A stretch of DNA of 63,385 nucleotides from an uncultured Gammaproteobacteria bacterium (GTDB lineage Bacteria; Patescibacteriota; Patescibacteriia; Magasanikbacterales; GWA2-37-8). Both the position numbers and the translations under genes were made by a program. This document shows positions 63,156-63,385 of the stretch, piece by piece; the first letter of the stretch is position 1, and each line of letters starts with the position of its first letter. The notes under the pieces were generated by a model. It was given only the letters and a program-made list of their open reading frames with translations, was not told the origin of the DNA and ran no database searches. The stretch is from contig CAZMYO010000062.1 in NCBI GenBank assembly GCA_964570525.1, forward strand, positions 1 to 63,385, read 5' to 3'.

Positions 63156-63227
63156 GCGGGTATCATATAACGGCTATTATGGAGGTTTTCCAAACCTTAC
63201 ACGCGGGTTCGACTCCCGCTACCCGCT
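63156..63227 (+). tRNA. tRNA-Gly (UCC)
   Basis: A hand-folded cloverleaf: GCGGGTA/TACCCGC acceptor stem, TTTCCAA anticodon loop, GCGGG-TTCGACT-CCCGC T arm. CCA is not encoded. Confidence 0.8.
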
Positions 63228-63321
63228 CTAAAATTTCTGAAAACAAAAATGGTTTGGCTTGTAAAGTCAGTTTGACATATTGATACAGCTCGCGTTACAA
63301 TGGAATCAACCTTCTTTATGT

Positions 63322-63385
63322 ATGAAAGAAATGATTTCAAATCGGGTTTACGAATTACGTTCAAAGGCCAGCATTACCCAAGAAG
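63322..63385 (+). CDS. Partial CDS, probably the N-terminus of an XRE-family HTH regulator
   Basis: MKEMISNRVYELRSKASITQE resembles the start of Cro/C1-type HTH proteins. A TTGACA-17/18-TACAAT promoter lies at 63272-63301. The CDS runs off the window. Confidence 0.3.
   Translation, partial: MKEMISNRVYELRSKASITQE

Overview
The window looks like a segment of a small, streamlined bacterial genome. Its gene content resembles Patescibacteria/CPR (DUF4012 protein, PilB, reduced metabolism, many GT4 glycosyltransferases), but that taxonomic call is inference only. The genetic code is standard. Hand-counted 60-nt lines in ordinary genes are roughly 45-50% GC.

Gene content, in order:
- The 3' end of an rRNA operon (23S tail and 5S).
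- An amino-sugar and cell-wall precursor cluster (GlmU-like, glmS, yvcK).
- A SucC-like/SucD-like/citrate-synthase-like trio plus a malic enzyme.
- An EndoQ-like PHP nuclease.
- A Zur-type regulator with a metal ABC importer.
- The rpsF-ssb-rpsR-epmA-efp string.
- An envelope polysaccharide locus (sugar-phosphate transferase, three GT4s, flippase, DUF4012 protein).
- An Nramp-like transporter paired with a soluble MgtE-N/CBS protein.
- miaA, thrS, a PilB/GspE ATPase, ftsH and rpsA.
- A RAYT transposase with its REPs.
- Three tRNAs.

Most notable observations:
1. Two single-gene islands of very high GC (700-1881 and 49351-49944) share the same GC3-rich codon style. Both sit in host-type promoter, SD and terminator contexts. 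The second lies beside a GC-elevated cytochrome P450.
2. A low-GC two-gene module next to a tRNA array encodes an excisionase/MerR-type HTH fused to a GHKL-ATPase-like domain, plus a STAS-like (DUF4325-type) protein.
3. An Nramp-like transporter lacks the canonical metal-site Asn and Met, and is paired with an MgtE cytosolic sensor domain that has no pore.
4. Several families of palindromic REP/MITE-like elements and short word repeats are present. Some are inserted in frame inside housekeeping genes, and one family flanks a RAYT gene.
5. A promoter-driven tRNA array begins with a duplicated tRNA-Gly 5' half split by a 61-nt REP insertion.
6. Several well-signalled micro-ORFs fall below the 60-aa cut-off of the ORF track.

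I saw no CRISPR array, integrase, reverse transcriptase or prophage block.
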